Shown one piece after another: positions 9,958 to 21,179 of a DNA stretch of 63,640 bases; position 1 is the first letter of the stretch; every line of letters starts with the position of its first letter. The DNA is taken from assembly GCA_045114455.1 (NCBI GenBank), contig JBGUKN010000053.1, forward strand, positions 1 through 63,640, given 5' to 3'. Under the pieces are notes generated by a model. The model was not told the origin of the DNA. It saw only the letters and a program-made list of their open reading frames with translations, and searched no databases. The stretch is from Victivallales bacterium. Its GTDB lineage: Bacteria; Verrucomicrobiota; Lentisphaeria; Victivallales; UBA1829. Both the position numbers and the translations under genes were made by a program.

Positions 9958-11042
9958 GACCGGACCTTGTCGAACCAGATCGGGATGGTCTGGTTCAGCG
10001 GCAGACGGGCCTGCGCGTCGAGTCCGGGCTCCGCGGTCACGCCGCGTTTCCAGTAATGCCAGCCCAGGCCGCCGACCATGGCGGCGTTGTCCGTGCAGTA
10101 CTTTTTGAGCGGCAGAACGGCACGGTAGCGTTTCGGGATCGTGGACTGGAACCGTTCGCGGAGCGCACCGTTGCAGGCGACGCCGCCGGCGAGCACAATG
10201 GAACGGACGTTGAAATACTGCGCGGCGTCGAACGCCTTTCTGCACAGGACGTCCACGATGGCCTCCTGATAGGACGCCAGGATGTCGAACAGGACCTGGT
10301 CGCGGATATTCTCCACGCCGCCGAGGTTTTTCACATGATAGAGCAGCGCGGTCTTCACGCCGCTGAAACTGAAGTGGAAACGGTTTTCCGGGGCGACGGG
10401 CTTGCCGGACGTGGGCGTCAGCGAACGCGGGAAGTTCACGGCATGCGGATCGCCCTGCTTCGCGAGCCGCTCGATCACCGGGCCGCCGGGATATCCGAGG
10501 TCCAGGATCTTCGCCGCCTTGTCGAAGGCCTCGCCCGCGGCATCGTCGAGCGTAGTCCCGGCAAGCGTCATTTTGCCGTCGCGGCCGACCACGACCAGCG
10601 CGGTATGGCCGCCGGAGACGACCACAGCGAGCATCGGGAAGAGTTCCGGGTCGCCGAACACGAGGTCTTCCTGTTCGAGGAACGCGCCGTAGATGTGCGC
10701 GGAGAAGTGGTTGATCGGGATCAGCGGCAGATTATGCGAGGCGGCGATCCCCTTGGCGAAATTGAGGCCGACGAGCAGGGCGGGGATCAGGCCGGGCGCA
10801 TGCGTCACGGCCACGGCGTCAAGGTCGTCGAGCGTCACGTTCGCCGTCTTCAGCGCCTCGTCGAGCGTCGGGCAGACCGCGGTCAGGTGGGCGCGCGCGG
10901 CGAGCTCGGGGATCACGCCGCCATAGGGGGCGTGCTTCGCGATTTGGGACGCCACAGCGTTGGACAGGACGTTCCGTCCGTCCTCCACGACCGACACGGC
11001 GGTCTCGTCGCAGCTGGATTCGATTCCCAGGATCAGGCTCAT
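9954..11042 (-). CDS. tsaD: tRNA N6-threonylcarbamoyltransferase TsaD
   Basis: ILGIESSCDET, GGVIPELAARAH, NHFSAH, VSGGHT, DDAAGEAFDK, GYPGGP, CTDNAAM. Confidence 0.96.
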   Translation of the reverse strand: MSLILGIESSCDETAVSVVEDGRNVLSNAVASQIAKHAPYGGVIPELAARAHLTAVCPTLDEALKTANVTLDDLDAVAVTHAPGLIPALLVGLNFAKGIAASHNLPLIPINHFSAHIYGAFLEQEDLVFGDPELFPMLAVVVSGGHTALVVVGRDGKMTLAGTTLDDAAGEAFDKAAKILDLGYPGGPVIERLAKQGDPHAVNFPRSLTPTSGKPVAPENRFHFSFSGVKTALLYHVKNLGGVENIRDQVLFDILASYQEAIVDVLCRKAFDAAQYFNVRSIVLAGGVACNGALRERFQSTIPKRYRAVLPLKKYCTDNAAMVGGLGWHYWKRGVTAEPGLDAQARLPLNQTIPIWFDKVRS

Positions 11043-11273
11043 GATTCTTCTGCCTCGCGCCTTTCTGATTTGTTTTTTGTTCGCATGCAATCAATTAATA
11101 TAGCATTTGCGGCGGCCGAAATCAAGCCGGAAGACGAAAAAGCGCGGGGAATCCGCATGCGGAGGACGCGATGTCGCCCGGTCTCCGCCCCCCGGCACGG
11201 CAGGAAAGAAACGGCAGGTCCGCGAAGCACGGCAACCGCGCAGTCTCGGGCAAATGCGGCGGCGGCCCGGCGT

Positions 11274-11696
11274 TCAGCGGGTGTTGTACTGCTCGTCGTA
11301 GGTGCGGACGGCGACGTTGTGGAGGCCGCGGAAGGAGCAGAGGTCGAGGATTTCGACGACGCGGCTGAACGCGACGGCCTTGTCGCAGTCGATGCGGATG
11401 CGGCGGTTCTGATCCTCCTCGGAAAGCTCCAGCAGGATCTGGTGGAGCTCGGAAACCGTGACCGGGCGGCCGTTGTAGAACAGCATCTTCTCCTTGTTGA
11501 CGCCGATGACCATGGTGTCGTTGTCCGGCGGCACGTCGAGAGAGGACGTGGAGACGGGCAGGTCGACGTCGATGTCGCGGTTTTCCTTCTTGGCAATCGT
11601 GGTGACGAGGAAGAAGATGAGGAGCAGGAAGACGCAGTCGATCAGGGACGACATGCCGATCTCGAGCTTATCCTCGCTGGAACGTCTGATGCGCAT
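11274..11696 (-). CDS. exbD: ExbD/TolR family protein
   Basis: MSSLIDCVFLLLIFFLVTT TM with conserved Asp; VDLP; IRIDCDKAVAF periplasmic domain. Confidence 0.88.
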   Translation of the reverse strand: MRIRRSSEDKLEIGMSSLIDCVFLLLIFFLVTTIAKKENRDIDVDLPVSTSSLDVPPDNDTMVIGVNKEKMLFYNGRPVTVSELHQILLELSEEDQNRRIRIDCDKAVAFSRVVEILDLCSFRGLHNVAVRTYDEQYNTR

Positions 11697-11723
11697 GGGC
11701 GGGATCCGGATTTGGAATTCTCT

Positions 11724-12485
11724 TTATTTCTCCGCATCGAGCGCGGCGAACATGGCTTCGAGGGCTTCCTCGACGGCGAGTTCGGCGATGGAGAGCTTCT
11801 GCTTCAGGTAGTGGTACGCGCCGAGAGACGGGATCGCGAGCACGAGGCCGATGTCGGTGGTGATGAGCGCCTTGCTGATGGAGTCGGCGAGCAGCGCGGC
11901 GTCGCCGGTATCGCCGAGGATGGCGACCTTCGAGAACGCCTCGATCATGCCGATCACGGTGCCGAGCAGACCGAGCATCGGCGCCATCGTGGCGATGATC
12001 GCCAGGGGATAGCTGCGCTGCCGGTGGCGTTCGATCGCGCGGGCGGCGGCGTCCCCGACGGCGGTCTGGAGGCGCGCTTCGTCCGCGGCACGGAGTTCCG
12101 CCCGGTGGACATGCGGACGATGGTCCACGATGTAGGCTCCGGCGTCGGCGAGGATGCTCGGATGGGTCTCCGCCTCCTTGCGGACCGCATCGTCGTCATG
12201 TCTCGCGATCGCGTCGGCGAAGAAATCGGCGTAGTAGGCGGGCGCGAGGTATTTTTTCCGCATGCGGATGAGGCGTTCGACAAGGAATCCGATGGCGGCG
12301 GCGCTGAGGAGCAGGAGCACGGCGGAGGTCATGCCGCCGTTCACGATCTCCTGGATCCAGTCGATCGTCATTTCTTCGGCGGGCGCATCCGCGGCGCTTT
12401 CGGCGGCGGACTGGGCGGCGAGAATTCCGGGGAGGCAGAAGAACGCCGCGGCGGAAAGAATCGAAACACGGATGGGAAGTTTCAT
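11724..12485 (-). CDS. exbB: MotA/TolQ/ExbB proton-channel family protein with N-terminal signal/extension
   Basis: APMLGLLGTVIGMIEAF and ISKALITTDIGLVLAIP TM motifs. Confidence 0.88.
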   Translation of the reverse strand: MKLPIRVSILSAAAFFCLPGILAAQSAAESAADAPAEEMTIDWIQEIVNGGMTSAVLLLLSAAAIGFLVERLIRMRKKYLAPAYYADFFADAIARHDDDAVRKEAETHPSILADAGAYIVDHRPHVHRAELRAADEARLQTAVGDAAARAIERHRQRSYPLAIIATMAPMLGLLGTVIGMIEAFSKVAILGDTGDAALLADSISKALITTDIGLVLAIPSLGAYHYLKQKLSIAELAVEEALEAMFAALDAEK

Positions 12486-12531
12486 GGAAGACCTTTCGTA
12501 ATGATTTATGTTATTTTATATTATGTTATAG

Positions 12532-15360
12532 TCAGGGAAGTCTGGGGCGCGCGGAGGACCGCGCCGGAGTCGTATTCGAACCGGGATTCGCGGTCTGCGT
12601 CCGCTGCGCGTTGCGGCGCTGTTCGGCGGCGCGTTTCGCGGCGTCCGCGGCGGCCTTGGTCTCCTCACGGACCATGACGAACGAGAACTGGCATTCGTCC
12701 GGGCCGTTTTCCACGCAGAAGAGGATGGTGTTCCAGCCCTTGCGGAAATGGACGTGGATGATGTTTTCGGTGAGGCCCCATGTGCTCAGCTCGTCGTCGA
12801 ACCATACCTGTTCGCCGTTGATCCAGAGCGCGCTGGCATCGTCGGTGCCGACCATGGCGAGGACATCGGCATCGTCCTCGAAGAAGACGTCGGTGTAGGC
12901 ATAGTAATAGGCGTTGTCCATCTTGTCCGGCGGGCGCACGCAAACGGTGTCGGTCTGGACGTAGCGCCAGCGGAGGCGGATGGGCTTGTGCGTGAGCGGG
13001 TCGATCTTGCCGTCGTACTCGGCGTCGAGGTCGACTTTGGTCTCGGGTTCCTGCTTCACGCGTTCGGCGAGGAGCTTGCCGTTGGATTCCCACGGGCCGA
13101 TCACGTACCAGGAGTCGATGAAGACGAAGCCCTGACGCGCGGCGTCACGGCTGACGCGGCGGCCGGGGACGGACTCCGCGATGATGGCGTAGTTGGCGGG
13201 CTCGGCGGCAATGCGTTTGCTGTCCGAGCTGCCGACCTTGCCGTAGCTGTAGCCAGCGAATTCGAAGTCGAAGTCGCCGCGGAACGCGATGCCGCCTCCG
13301 CCGTAGGAATTGCCGGAATTTCCGATGCTGGAGCCGTTACCGCCCTGGCCTTGACCTTGCCCCTGACCTTGTCCTTGTCCCTGCCCCTGGCCCTGCTGGC
13401 CGGCGCGTTCCACGCCTTCACGGCCCATCTGCGCGAGCTGGCGCATCATGTCGGACAGGCTGCCCTGTCCCTGCCCCTGACGGCCGCCCTGCATGCCGCC
13501 CTGCTGATTGCGCATGGCGCGCTGCTGCATGGCGGAGAAGAGACGTTCGGCGGAAAGCGGGAGATTGATGCCCGCCATGCGTGCAAGGCTGTTCGCACGG
13601 GAGGAAAGCGAATCGGCGGCGTCCTGAAGCGCGGTCATCTGTTCGAGCGCCTGCATGAGCTGTTCCTTGGTCATGAACTGGCCTCCGCCGCCCTGCGAGC
13701 CGCCCTGTTGTCCGCCCTGTTCGCCGTTCTGCCCCATCTGGCCGCCCTGCTGACTTGCGCTCTGCGAGGAATTGTCCTGCGGATCGTTTCTGAGCGCTTC
13801 GGCGAGCTTGCGGAGATACTGCTCGGCCTCGTAAGTAGTGAATTCGTCCCTGTAGCGGTTGTCCAGGGCTTTCATAAGGAAATCCTCGGCGTCCTTGTCC
13901 ATGGCTTTGGCGGCCTCCTGGATGTCGGCATATTCGGGATCCACGTTGTAAATCCACTCGGACAGCTTCATGCTGATGTCGTTGCGGTGATTCAGCGCGG
14001 ACATGTAGGCGGTATTCGCGAGGTCGGGGAGCTTGCGGGGGACCGTGGTATTCGTATCCTTGAGCTGACGGTCGAATCCCAGCATATCGCGGGACGCGGT
14101 CTGAAGGAACGACAGGTCCTGACGCGCGGTGTCGTTTTCATTCGTTGCAACGGCCTTCTGAATCGCATCGTAGGCGCGCCGCGCCTGCTCCATCGTGTGC
14201 GACGCGTTCTCGTCGACTTCGTTCACCAGATAGATCTCGTAGGACGGGACTTCGTACGGTTCGTCGTAGACGATCCCGAGGCGGCCCTGTCTGCGGAGAG
14301 TCCCGGAGGAACGCGGACGGCTCAAACGTTCCGCCTCCTCCTTTTCGATTCGTTCGCGGCTTTCCGCGGCGGTCTTTTTCGTCTGCTCGTAGGTTTCCTG
14401 CGTGAGGAGGAATATCTCTTCGGCGGAATCAAGTATCTTCTGCGGGTCCTCGTTCGCGCCGGGTCCCTGCGACAGGTCGCGGGAGAAATGCTCCTTGGAC
14501 GTCTGGTCCATGTTTTTGTTCAGCGAGTCCATGGACCGGATGGCGTTCTGGTAGGCGTTCAGCTCGGCGTATTTCGTGTCGAGCTGTTCCTCCTTGGCCT
14601 GCATGAAATCCTTCAGCTGCTGTAGCGTGGCGTCGACGGGCGGCATTTCGGGCGGGGTGTTCATGATGCCGATGTCGTACACGCCGGAGACGTCGCCGCT
14701 GAGGATGGAGTCGATCATGCGCTCGAGTTCGAGCGACTGCCATTCGGCGGTGGCCGGATCGACGCCGTAATCCAGGTAGCTGGACGGGTTCGCGCGGAAT
14801 TTCCCGCTGTTGGCTTTCATTGCCTCCAGCTGGCCGCGGAAGACGGGGATTTGTTCGGATGTCGGGGAATTCTCCAGCTGATGGCGGATGTCCTCCGCGA
14901 TGCGGGCGTTCTCCACGAACGGCGCGACGTAATCGAACTCCTGAGACAGGGTCTCGGCGATGTCGAACAGGCGTTCGTACGCCTCTTCCATCGGGTCGCG
15001 CAGTTCGGAGTAGATGTCCTTCAGCTCCTCCTTGCGCTCCTCCATCTTTTCGAGGGTCTTTTCGACCTCCTCCAGTTTCTTGCGGATTTCCTTCTCCTTG
15101 CGTTTCTGGACGCGGTCGCGGATCTTCTTGAGCTCGGCGGGCGGAGCCTCCTTCTTGATCTTCTCCGGGTCGTTCTTGTGGGCTTCGCGTTTCGCCTCGT
15201 TCTCCTGTTTCTGCTTCAGTGCCTCCTCCAGCGAATAGCGGCTGTAGCGGATGAAGTCGAGCTGCCAGGCGGCGACGAACGCGGCGAGGTAGCAGAGGAG
15301 CGTGAGTCCCCAGATAATGGCGGTAGTGCGGCCGGACTGCATGTTGCGTTTGCTGTTCAT
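12532..15360 (-). CDS. Uncharacterised 942-aa membrane-anchored protein: N-terminal TM, long helical/coiled-coil stalk, Gln/Gly low-complexity linker, C-terminal beta-sandwich (PA14/galactose-binding-like) domain
   Basis: TM at about aa 14-34; K/E heptad-rich region; (GQ)n tract; C-terminal WYVIGPW...YAYTDV...GTDDASALWING...FRKGWNTILF. Confidence 0.75.
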   Translation of the reverse strand: MNSKRNMQSGRTTAIIWGLTLLCYLAAFVAAWQLDFIRYSRYSLEEALKQKQENEAKREAHKNDPEKIKKEAPPAELKKIRDRVQKRKEKEIRKKLEEVEKTLEKMEERKEELKDIYSELRDPMEEAYERLFDIAETLSQEFDYVAPFVENARIAEDIRHQLENSPTSEQIPVFRGQLEAMKANSGKFRANPSSYLDYGVDPATAEWQSLELERMIDSILSGDVSGVYDIGIMNTPPEMPPVDATLQQLKDFMQAKEEQLDTKYAELNAYQNAIRSMDSLNKNMDQTSKEHFSRDLSQGPGANEDPQKILDSAEEIFLLTQETYEQTKKTAAESRERIEKEEAERLSRPRSSGTLRRQGRLGIVYDEPYEVPSYEIYLVNEVDENASHTMEQARRAYDAIQKAVATNENDTARQDLSFLQTASRDMLGFDRQLKDTNTTVPRKLPDLANTAYMSALNHRNDISMKLSEWIYNVDPEYADIQEAAKAMDKDAEDFLMKALDNRYRDEFTTYEAEQYLRKLAEALRNDPQDNSSQSASQQGGQMGQNGEQGGQQGGSQGGGGQFMTKEQLMQALEQMTALQDAADSLSSRANSLARMAGINLPLSAERLFSAMQQRAMRNQQGGMQGGRQGQGQGSLSDMMRQLAQMGREGVERAGQQGQGQGQGQGQGQGQGQGGNGSSIGNSGNSYGGGGIAFRGDFDFEFAGYSYGKVGSSDSKRIAAEPANYAIIAESVPGRRVSRDAARQGFVFIDSWYVIGPWESNGKLLAERVKQEPETKVDLDAEYDGKIDPLTHKPIRLRWRYVQTDTVCVRPPDKMDNAYYYAYTDVFFEDDADVLAMVGTDDASALWINGEQVWFDDELSTWGLTENIIHVHFRKGWNTILFCVENGPDECQFSFVMVREETKAAADAAKRAAEQRRNAQRTQTANPGSNTTPARSSARPRLP

Positions 15361-15375
15361 GTCTGTGCCTCGTTA

Positions 15376-15855
15376 TCAATCCGATGTGCCGGGAACGTAG
15401 AACCGGGATTCGCGGTAGTCGCGCATGCGGACGTCGACTTTGTTCAGATGATTGATCTGGAGCTTGTCCAGCATGTCGATCACTGTCTGGAACTCCACGT
15501 CTGGATCGGCGTACAGCCGCACGTTGATTTCCTCGCCCGCCCCCTGCGACATCCGCCCCAGGTTCTCCACGAACTTGTCCACATCGGCGACGACGCGGAA
15601 ATCCGGGCGTCCGTCCTGCACGCGGCGTTCCGCCGAGTAATAGCGGCCGTCCCTGCCAATCGCCAGGATCACGCGGCGCGCGTCCATGCGTTCGGAGATG
15701 GTCACGGCGGGATCCGGGACTTCGATGGGGATCTGCTTTTCGAGCTTCTTCATCATGGTGGTGACGAGGAAGAAGATCAGAAGCAGGAAGACGCAGTCGA
15801 TCAGGGGCGACATTTCGAGCGTGACGTCGTCATCGTCTTTTTTGCGGATTCTCAT
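15376..15855 (-). CDS. exbD: ExbD/TolR family protein (second copy)
   Basis: MSPLIDCVFLLLIFFLVTT; VRLYADPDVEFQTVIDMLD. Confidence 0.85.
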   Translation of the reverse strand: MRIRKKDDDDVTLEMSPLIDCVFLLLIFFLVTTMMKKLEKQIPIEVPDPAVTISERMDARRVILAIGRDGRYYSAERRVQDGRPDFRVVADVDKFVENLGRMSQGAGEEINVRLYADPDVEFQTVIDMLDKLQINHLNKVDVRMRDYRESRFYVPGTSD

Positions 15856-16092
15856 ATTCGTTCAAATCACAGAGTATTACGGAATTATCGGAAGCAGGTG
15901 TTTTAAAAATTAGACGGGAACGGGCCCTGTTTCTTAGCGCGTTTTTCCATTTTTCCCGGATTATTTCGGAATCTTTCCGGCACGACCCGACAACAATGAA
16001 AAAAGAGCGGGAGCTTTCTGCGGCTGCCGCTCTTAAAACTTTCTAAGCGACCGGGAAAGCCGGACGGCTTCCCCGGATTGCCGGTTGCCGTG

Positions 16093-17181
16093 TTATTCCG
16101 CGGCGGGTTCTTCGCCTTCAGCGGGGACGGGCTCGACGGACTCGAGCGCCTGCCATTCGCGCTGCCGCGCCTGCTCCTCGGCGTTCGGGAACGGGGAGAT
16201 CAGGCCGTCGCCGGGCTTGGAACCTTTCGGACGCGGACCGCCGTTGAAGCCGAAGCCCTTTTCATACTGGGAGGCGGTGACGGGACCGACGGGCGCATAG
16301 CCGGGACGGACCTTGGACTGGTGGCCGAGACGCTGGGAGAAGAGCCATTCCCAGGTGTTCTTATCGGAATACGCGTTGTCCCAGCAATTGTGTCCGACGC
16401 CGAAGTATTCACGCAGGAAGACGTTCTGGTTTCCGGCCTTCCGCATGGTGATGTACATCCAGCGGGCGAGCTGGGGCGGGACGGTCGTATCGTCGCTGCC
16501 GTGGAAGATGAAGACGGGCAGGTCGCTCATGAATTCGGCGCGGTTCGGATCGCTGCCGCCGCAGCAGGGCATGCCGGCGGCGAAGATTTCAGTGCCGTAG
16601 CGGGCCAAGAGGTCCCAGCAGCCGTAGCCGCCCATGGAGAGACCGGTCACATAGACGCGTTTCTTGTCGGCCTTGAATTCTTCGATCTTCTTTTCGATCA
16701 GGACGGGGATCATGCCGAGCGCCTGATAGGGTTCTTCCATGAGGTCGCCCATGGCGCCGCCGCGATGGAGCGGAGCCCAGACCTGATCGCTCGGGCATTC
16801 GGGAGCCAGCACGATGACTTTGCGCTTGTCTTCGCGCATCTGCTTCACGATCTCGGGCAGGGCGAGACGGAGCTGCGCGAGGTTCTCCTCGCCGCGTTCG
16901 CCAAAGCCGTGCAGGAAGACCAGGATCGCGAACTTTCCGGGTTCCTCCTCGTTGTACACGCCCTGGCAGTACCGCAGCACACCGTTGCAGTTCGTCAGGA
17001 CTTCCTGCTTCATGTCCAACTCGTTCAGCGTACGGATCTCGTTGGCGAATCTCTGCTGGATCTGTTCGGAGGGTTCCTCCATCGGGGAGATGACGGCGGA
17101 TTCCAGAGCGGGATCGGAGGAACATGCGGCCCCGAAAGCGGCAAGAGCGGCGCATCCGAGCACAAGCAAATGTTTTTTCAT
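16093..17181 (-). CDS. Secreted (lipo)protein alpha/beta hydrolase (esterase/peptidase-like)
   Basis: Lipobox FGAA-C; FLHGFGERG; nucleophile GLSMGG; FHGSDD; GHNCW. Confidence 0.8.
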   Translation of the reverse strand: MKKHLLVLGCAALAAFGAACSSDPALESAVISPMEEPSEQIQQRFANEIRTLNELDMKQEVLTNCNGVLRYCQGVYNEEEPGKFAILVFLHGFGERGEENLAQLRLALPEIVKQMREDKRKVIVLAPECPSDQVWAPLHRGGAMGDLMEEPYQALGMIPVLIEKKIEEFKADKKRVYVTGLSMGGYGCWDLLARYGTEIFAAGMPCCGGSDPNRAEFMSDLPVFIFHGSDDTTVPPQLARWMYITMRKAGNQNVFLREYFGVGHNCWDNAYSDKNTWEWLFSQRLGHQSKVRPGYAPVGPVTASQYEKGFGFNGGPRPKGSKPGDGLISPFPNAEEQARQREWQALESVEPVPAEGEEPAAE

Positions 17182-17427
17182 GATGACAGATGTCCTTTCG
17201 TATTTTTTGGTATTGCCTTTCAAATAAAATATACGCGCATTTTCGCGAAAATCAATTCTCCCGCCTCTTTTTTCCATATTTTTCCTTTTTTTCATATGCC
17301 TGTCCCCGATTTCCGCGGCTCCGGCATTTGAAAAGCCGCATTTTTGTGCTATTGTAGCAATAGTTTTGAATCGTCACAAGCAAACATCGGAACCGGGTTC
17401 CGGCACTCATTTTCGGGAAAGCCAACA

Positions 17428-18357
17428 ATGAATCCATACCAGCGCATCAAACGCATCATCTTCGAGGTGATCCAACCCTACGCCGCCACATCCGCCCGCA
17501 GACGCACCATTAGCCGGATCTTCGACGACGTGATTATGCTGCTGATCGTCTTCAGCGTCGTTTCCGTCTTCATCTGCACGTTCAATATCCCGGACTGGCT
17601 TTTCCGCATCCTGATCCGCATCGAATTCATCTCCATCATCATCTTCACGATCGAATACGCCCTGCGCATCTGGACCGCGAACCTGCTTTATCCCGAGCTC
17701 AATCCCATTCGGGCGCGCATCCGCTACATCATCTCCCCGATGGCGATCATCGACCTCATTTCGATCCTGCCGTTCCTCGTGCCCGTCCTGCACACCTACA
17801 ACCTCATCGGCGTCCGGGTGTTCCGGCTGGTCCGGCTGCTTCGCATCTTCAAACTCAACCGCTATTCCGACGCCCTCGCCTCCATCGGCGAAGTCTTCCG
17901 CAACAAGGCCCAGCAGATGGTCGCCTCCGTCTTCTTCGTCTTCATCATTCTCATTCTCGCCTCGCTGCTCATCTACTATGCCGAGCACGACGCCCAGCCG
18001 GACCAGTTCGAAAACGCGTTCTCCGGCCTCTGGTGGGCAGTCGCGACCCTGACCACAGTCGGATACGGCGACCTCTACCCGATCACGCCGCTCGGACGCT
18101 TCCTCGGCGCGGTCATCGCCATCCTCGGCATCGGCATGGTGGCAGTCCCCACCAGCATCCTCAGCGCCGGTTTCATGGAAATGCTGGAAAAACAAACTGC
18201 CGAGCAAACGGAAAAAGACGCCGGATCCGCCGCTTCGAATCCGCCTCCGCCTGCCGCTGCGGCAGGCAATCCGGCTTCAGCCGGAGCGGGCGCGGATGAC
18301 GATTCATTCGAGCCGCCGCAATACTGCCCGCACTGCGGCAAGAAACTGTTCCCGTAA
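17428..18357 (+). CDS. Voltage-gated-type potassium channel (ion transporter) with C-terminal Zn ribbon
   Basis: S4-like RVFRLVRLLRIFKLNR; filter TTVGYGD; C-terminal CPHCGKK. Confidence 0.92.
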   Translation: MNPYQRIKRIIFEVIQPYAATSARRRTISRIFDDVIMLLIVFSVVSVFICTFNIPDWLFRILIRIEFISIIIFTIEYALRIWTANLLYPELNPIRARIRYIISPMAIIDLISILPFLVPVLHTYNLIGVRVFRLVRLLRIFKLNRYSDALASIGEVFRNKAQQMVASVFFVFIILILASLLIYYAEHDAQPDQFENAFSGLWWAVATLTTVGYGDLYPITPLGRFLGAVIAILGIGMVAVPTSILSAGFMEMLEKQTAEQTEKDAGSAASNPPPPAAAAGNPASAGAGADDDSFEPPQYCPHCGKKLFP

Positions 18358-18376
18358 CCTCATCCCCGCCTCGGAC

Positions 18377-18667
18377 ATGCAGAACGACGACACATCGTCC
18401 CCCGTACGGAGAAAACACCCGGCGAAAAGCTGTCTTCTCCTGTTCGCGACCGCCGTCCTCGTTTGTTTCCTGATTGCTCTGTCGGGCATCGCCTGCATCA
18501 TCACACTGGACACCATCAACCTCAGAGGCGAGAATCACACCCTGTCATGGCGCGTACAGCGCTACAAGGTGGCGTGCCAGTTCATCTGGTTCGATTTCAA
18601 GGACTGGGTTTCCCGGACGTTTTCGGAACAGCCTCCGTCCGAACCCGAACCGGAAGCGGAACCATAA
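18377..18667 (+). CDS. Small single-TM hypothetical protein
   Basis: ORF follows the K+ channel by 19 nt; hydrophobic stretch CLLLFATAVLVCFLIALSGIACII. Confidence 0.55.
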   Translation: MQNDDTSSPVRRKHPAKSCLLLFATAVLVCFLIALSGIACIITLDTINLRGENHTLSWRVQRYKVACQFIWFDFKDWVSRTFSEQPPSEPEPEAEP

Positions 18668-18700
18668 GAAAACAATCCGAGGAAGGCAGAAAAAGGGACG

Positions 18701-18736
18701 AAAAAAGCCCTCCCGCTGACAAGGGAGGGCTGAAAA
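18701..18736. terminator. Hairpin terminator between convergent genes
   Basis: AAAAAAGCCCTCCC-gctgacaa-GGGAGGGCT. Confidence 0.65.
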
Positions 18737-18760
18737 CGAATCGTTTCGGGATTGCCGGGC

Positions 18761-20053
<1,293 letters not shown>

Positions 20054-20057
20054 AGGA

Positions 20058-21179
20058 TCATTTCCTTGCGATTTTTGTGAGGTAGATCACGCCGAACAGC
20101 TGGAAAAGCAGAGGCGGGATCCAGACAACGTATTGGGGATAAAGATGCGGATTGTAGCGAAGCGCGTCGGAAACGAGCACGCCGCCGTAATAAAGCGCGC
20201 CGAGGGCGACGCTGAGGCACAGGCCGATGGAAGTCTCGCGGCGGCTGGTGCGGATGGCCAGCGGCATGCCGAGCATCATGAAGGCGATGGGCGCGAGGGC
20301 CAGGGCGATGCGCTGGTTAATCTCCACGTTGATGGCCGTGGCGTCGACGCCGGCGGCGTCCTTGCCTCGCTTCATGTAAATCGCGAGACGGGCGAAAAGC
20401 CCGCGGTAGGACAGATACTTGTCCTTGAGGAACACGTCCTTCTGGTTGTAGCGTTCCCCGAACGGGACGCGCAGCTCGATGGATTCGCTGTAGGAATGTT
20501 CCTTGCGGCGGTCCTTGCCGGTCCCTTCGACGCTCTCCAGCAGCGCGTCGTACAGCGTCACGGTCAGGACCTGCGAGGCCGGATCGGACGACAGCGTGCC
20601 GTGCGAGGCGAGGATATCCTGCTTGGTGGCGCCGTCCCGGTCCGGCACATAGATCTGGACTCCGTATATCTGATCCTCGCCGTTCACGGTATCCTTGCCG
20701 TCAATAAAAAACGTGAGATTGCCGAGCTGGACCGGAATGCCGGGCGTAAAGAAAGACATGGGCGAACTGGCCGCGGCGCTTTTCACCACGTCGCGCGCTT
20801 CTCCGAGCGCGGGAGGCCCGATCTGAAGCTGAAGCCAGAGGCAGAGGCAGGTCAGGAGGAACGAGGAAACGATGATCGGGGAAATGATCTGAAGGATGGA
20901 GATGCCGCAGGCGCGCATGGCGGTAATCTCATTGTCGGCGGACAGCCGTCCGAACACAAGCATGATGGAGACGAGCGACGCCCATGGGATCGAGAACGCC
21001 AGCGCCATCGGAAGCGCCAGCAGAAGGAATTTTCCGGCAATCAGCGGAGACACCCCCTGGCTGATGTACTCGATCACCTTCATGAGGTTGGCGCCGGTCA
21101 TGGCGAATGTCAGGACGACGATCGACATGGCAAAAGTCGCCAGAAAGTTTTTTGAAATATACCAGTTCAGAATAAACAT
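20058..21179 (-). CDS. LptF/LptG family LPS export permease
   Basis: ILNWYISKNFL; FGRLSADNEITAMRACGIS; 3+3 TM layout; LGMPLAI. Confidence 0.88.
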   Translation of the reverse strand: MFILNWYISKNFLATFAMSIVVLTFAMTGANLMKVIEYISQGVSPLIAGKFLLLALPMALAFSIPWASLVSIMLVFGRLSADNEITAMRACGISILQIISPIIVSSFLLTCLCLWLQLQIGPPALGEARDVVKSAAASSPMSFFTPGIPVQLGNLTFFIDGKDTVNGEDQIYGVQIYVPDRDGATKQDILASHGTLSSDPASQVLTVTLYDALLESVEGTGKDRRKEHSYSESIELRVPFGERYNQKDVFLKDKYLSYRGLFARLAIYMKRGKDAAGVDATAINVEINQRIALALAPIAFMMLGMPLAIRTSRRETSIGLCLSVALGALYYGGVLVSDALRYNPHLYPQYVVWIPPLLFQLFGVIYLTKIARK

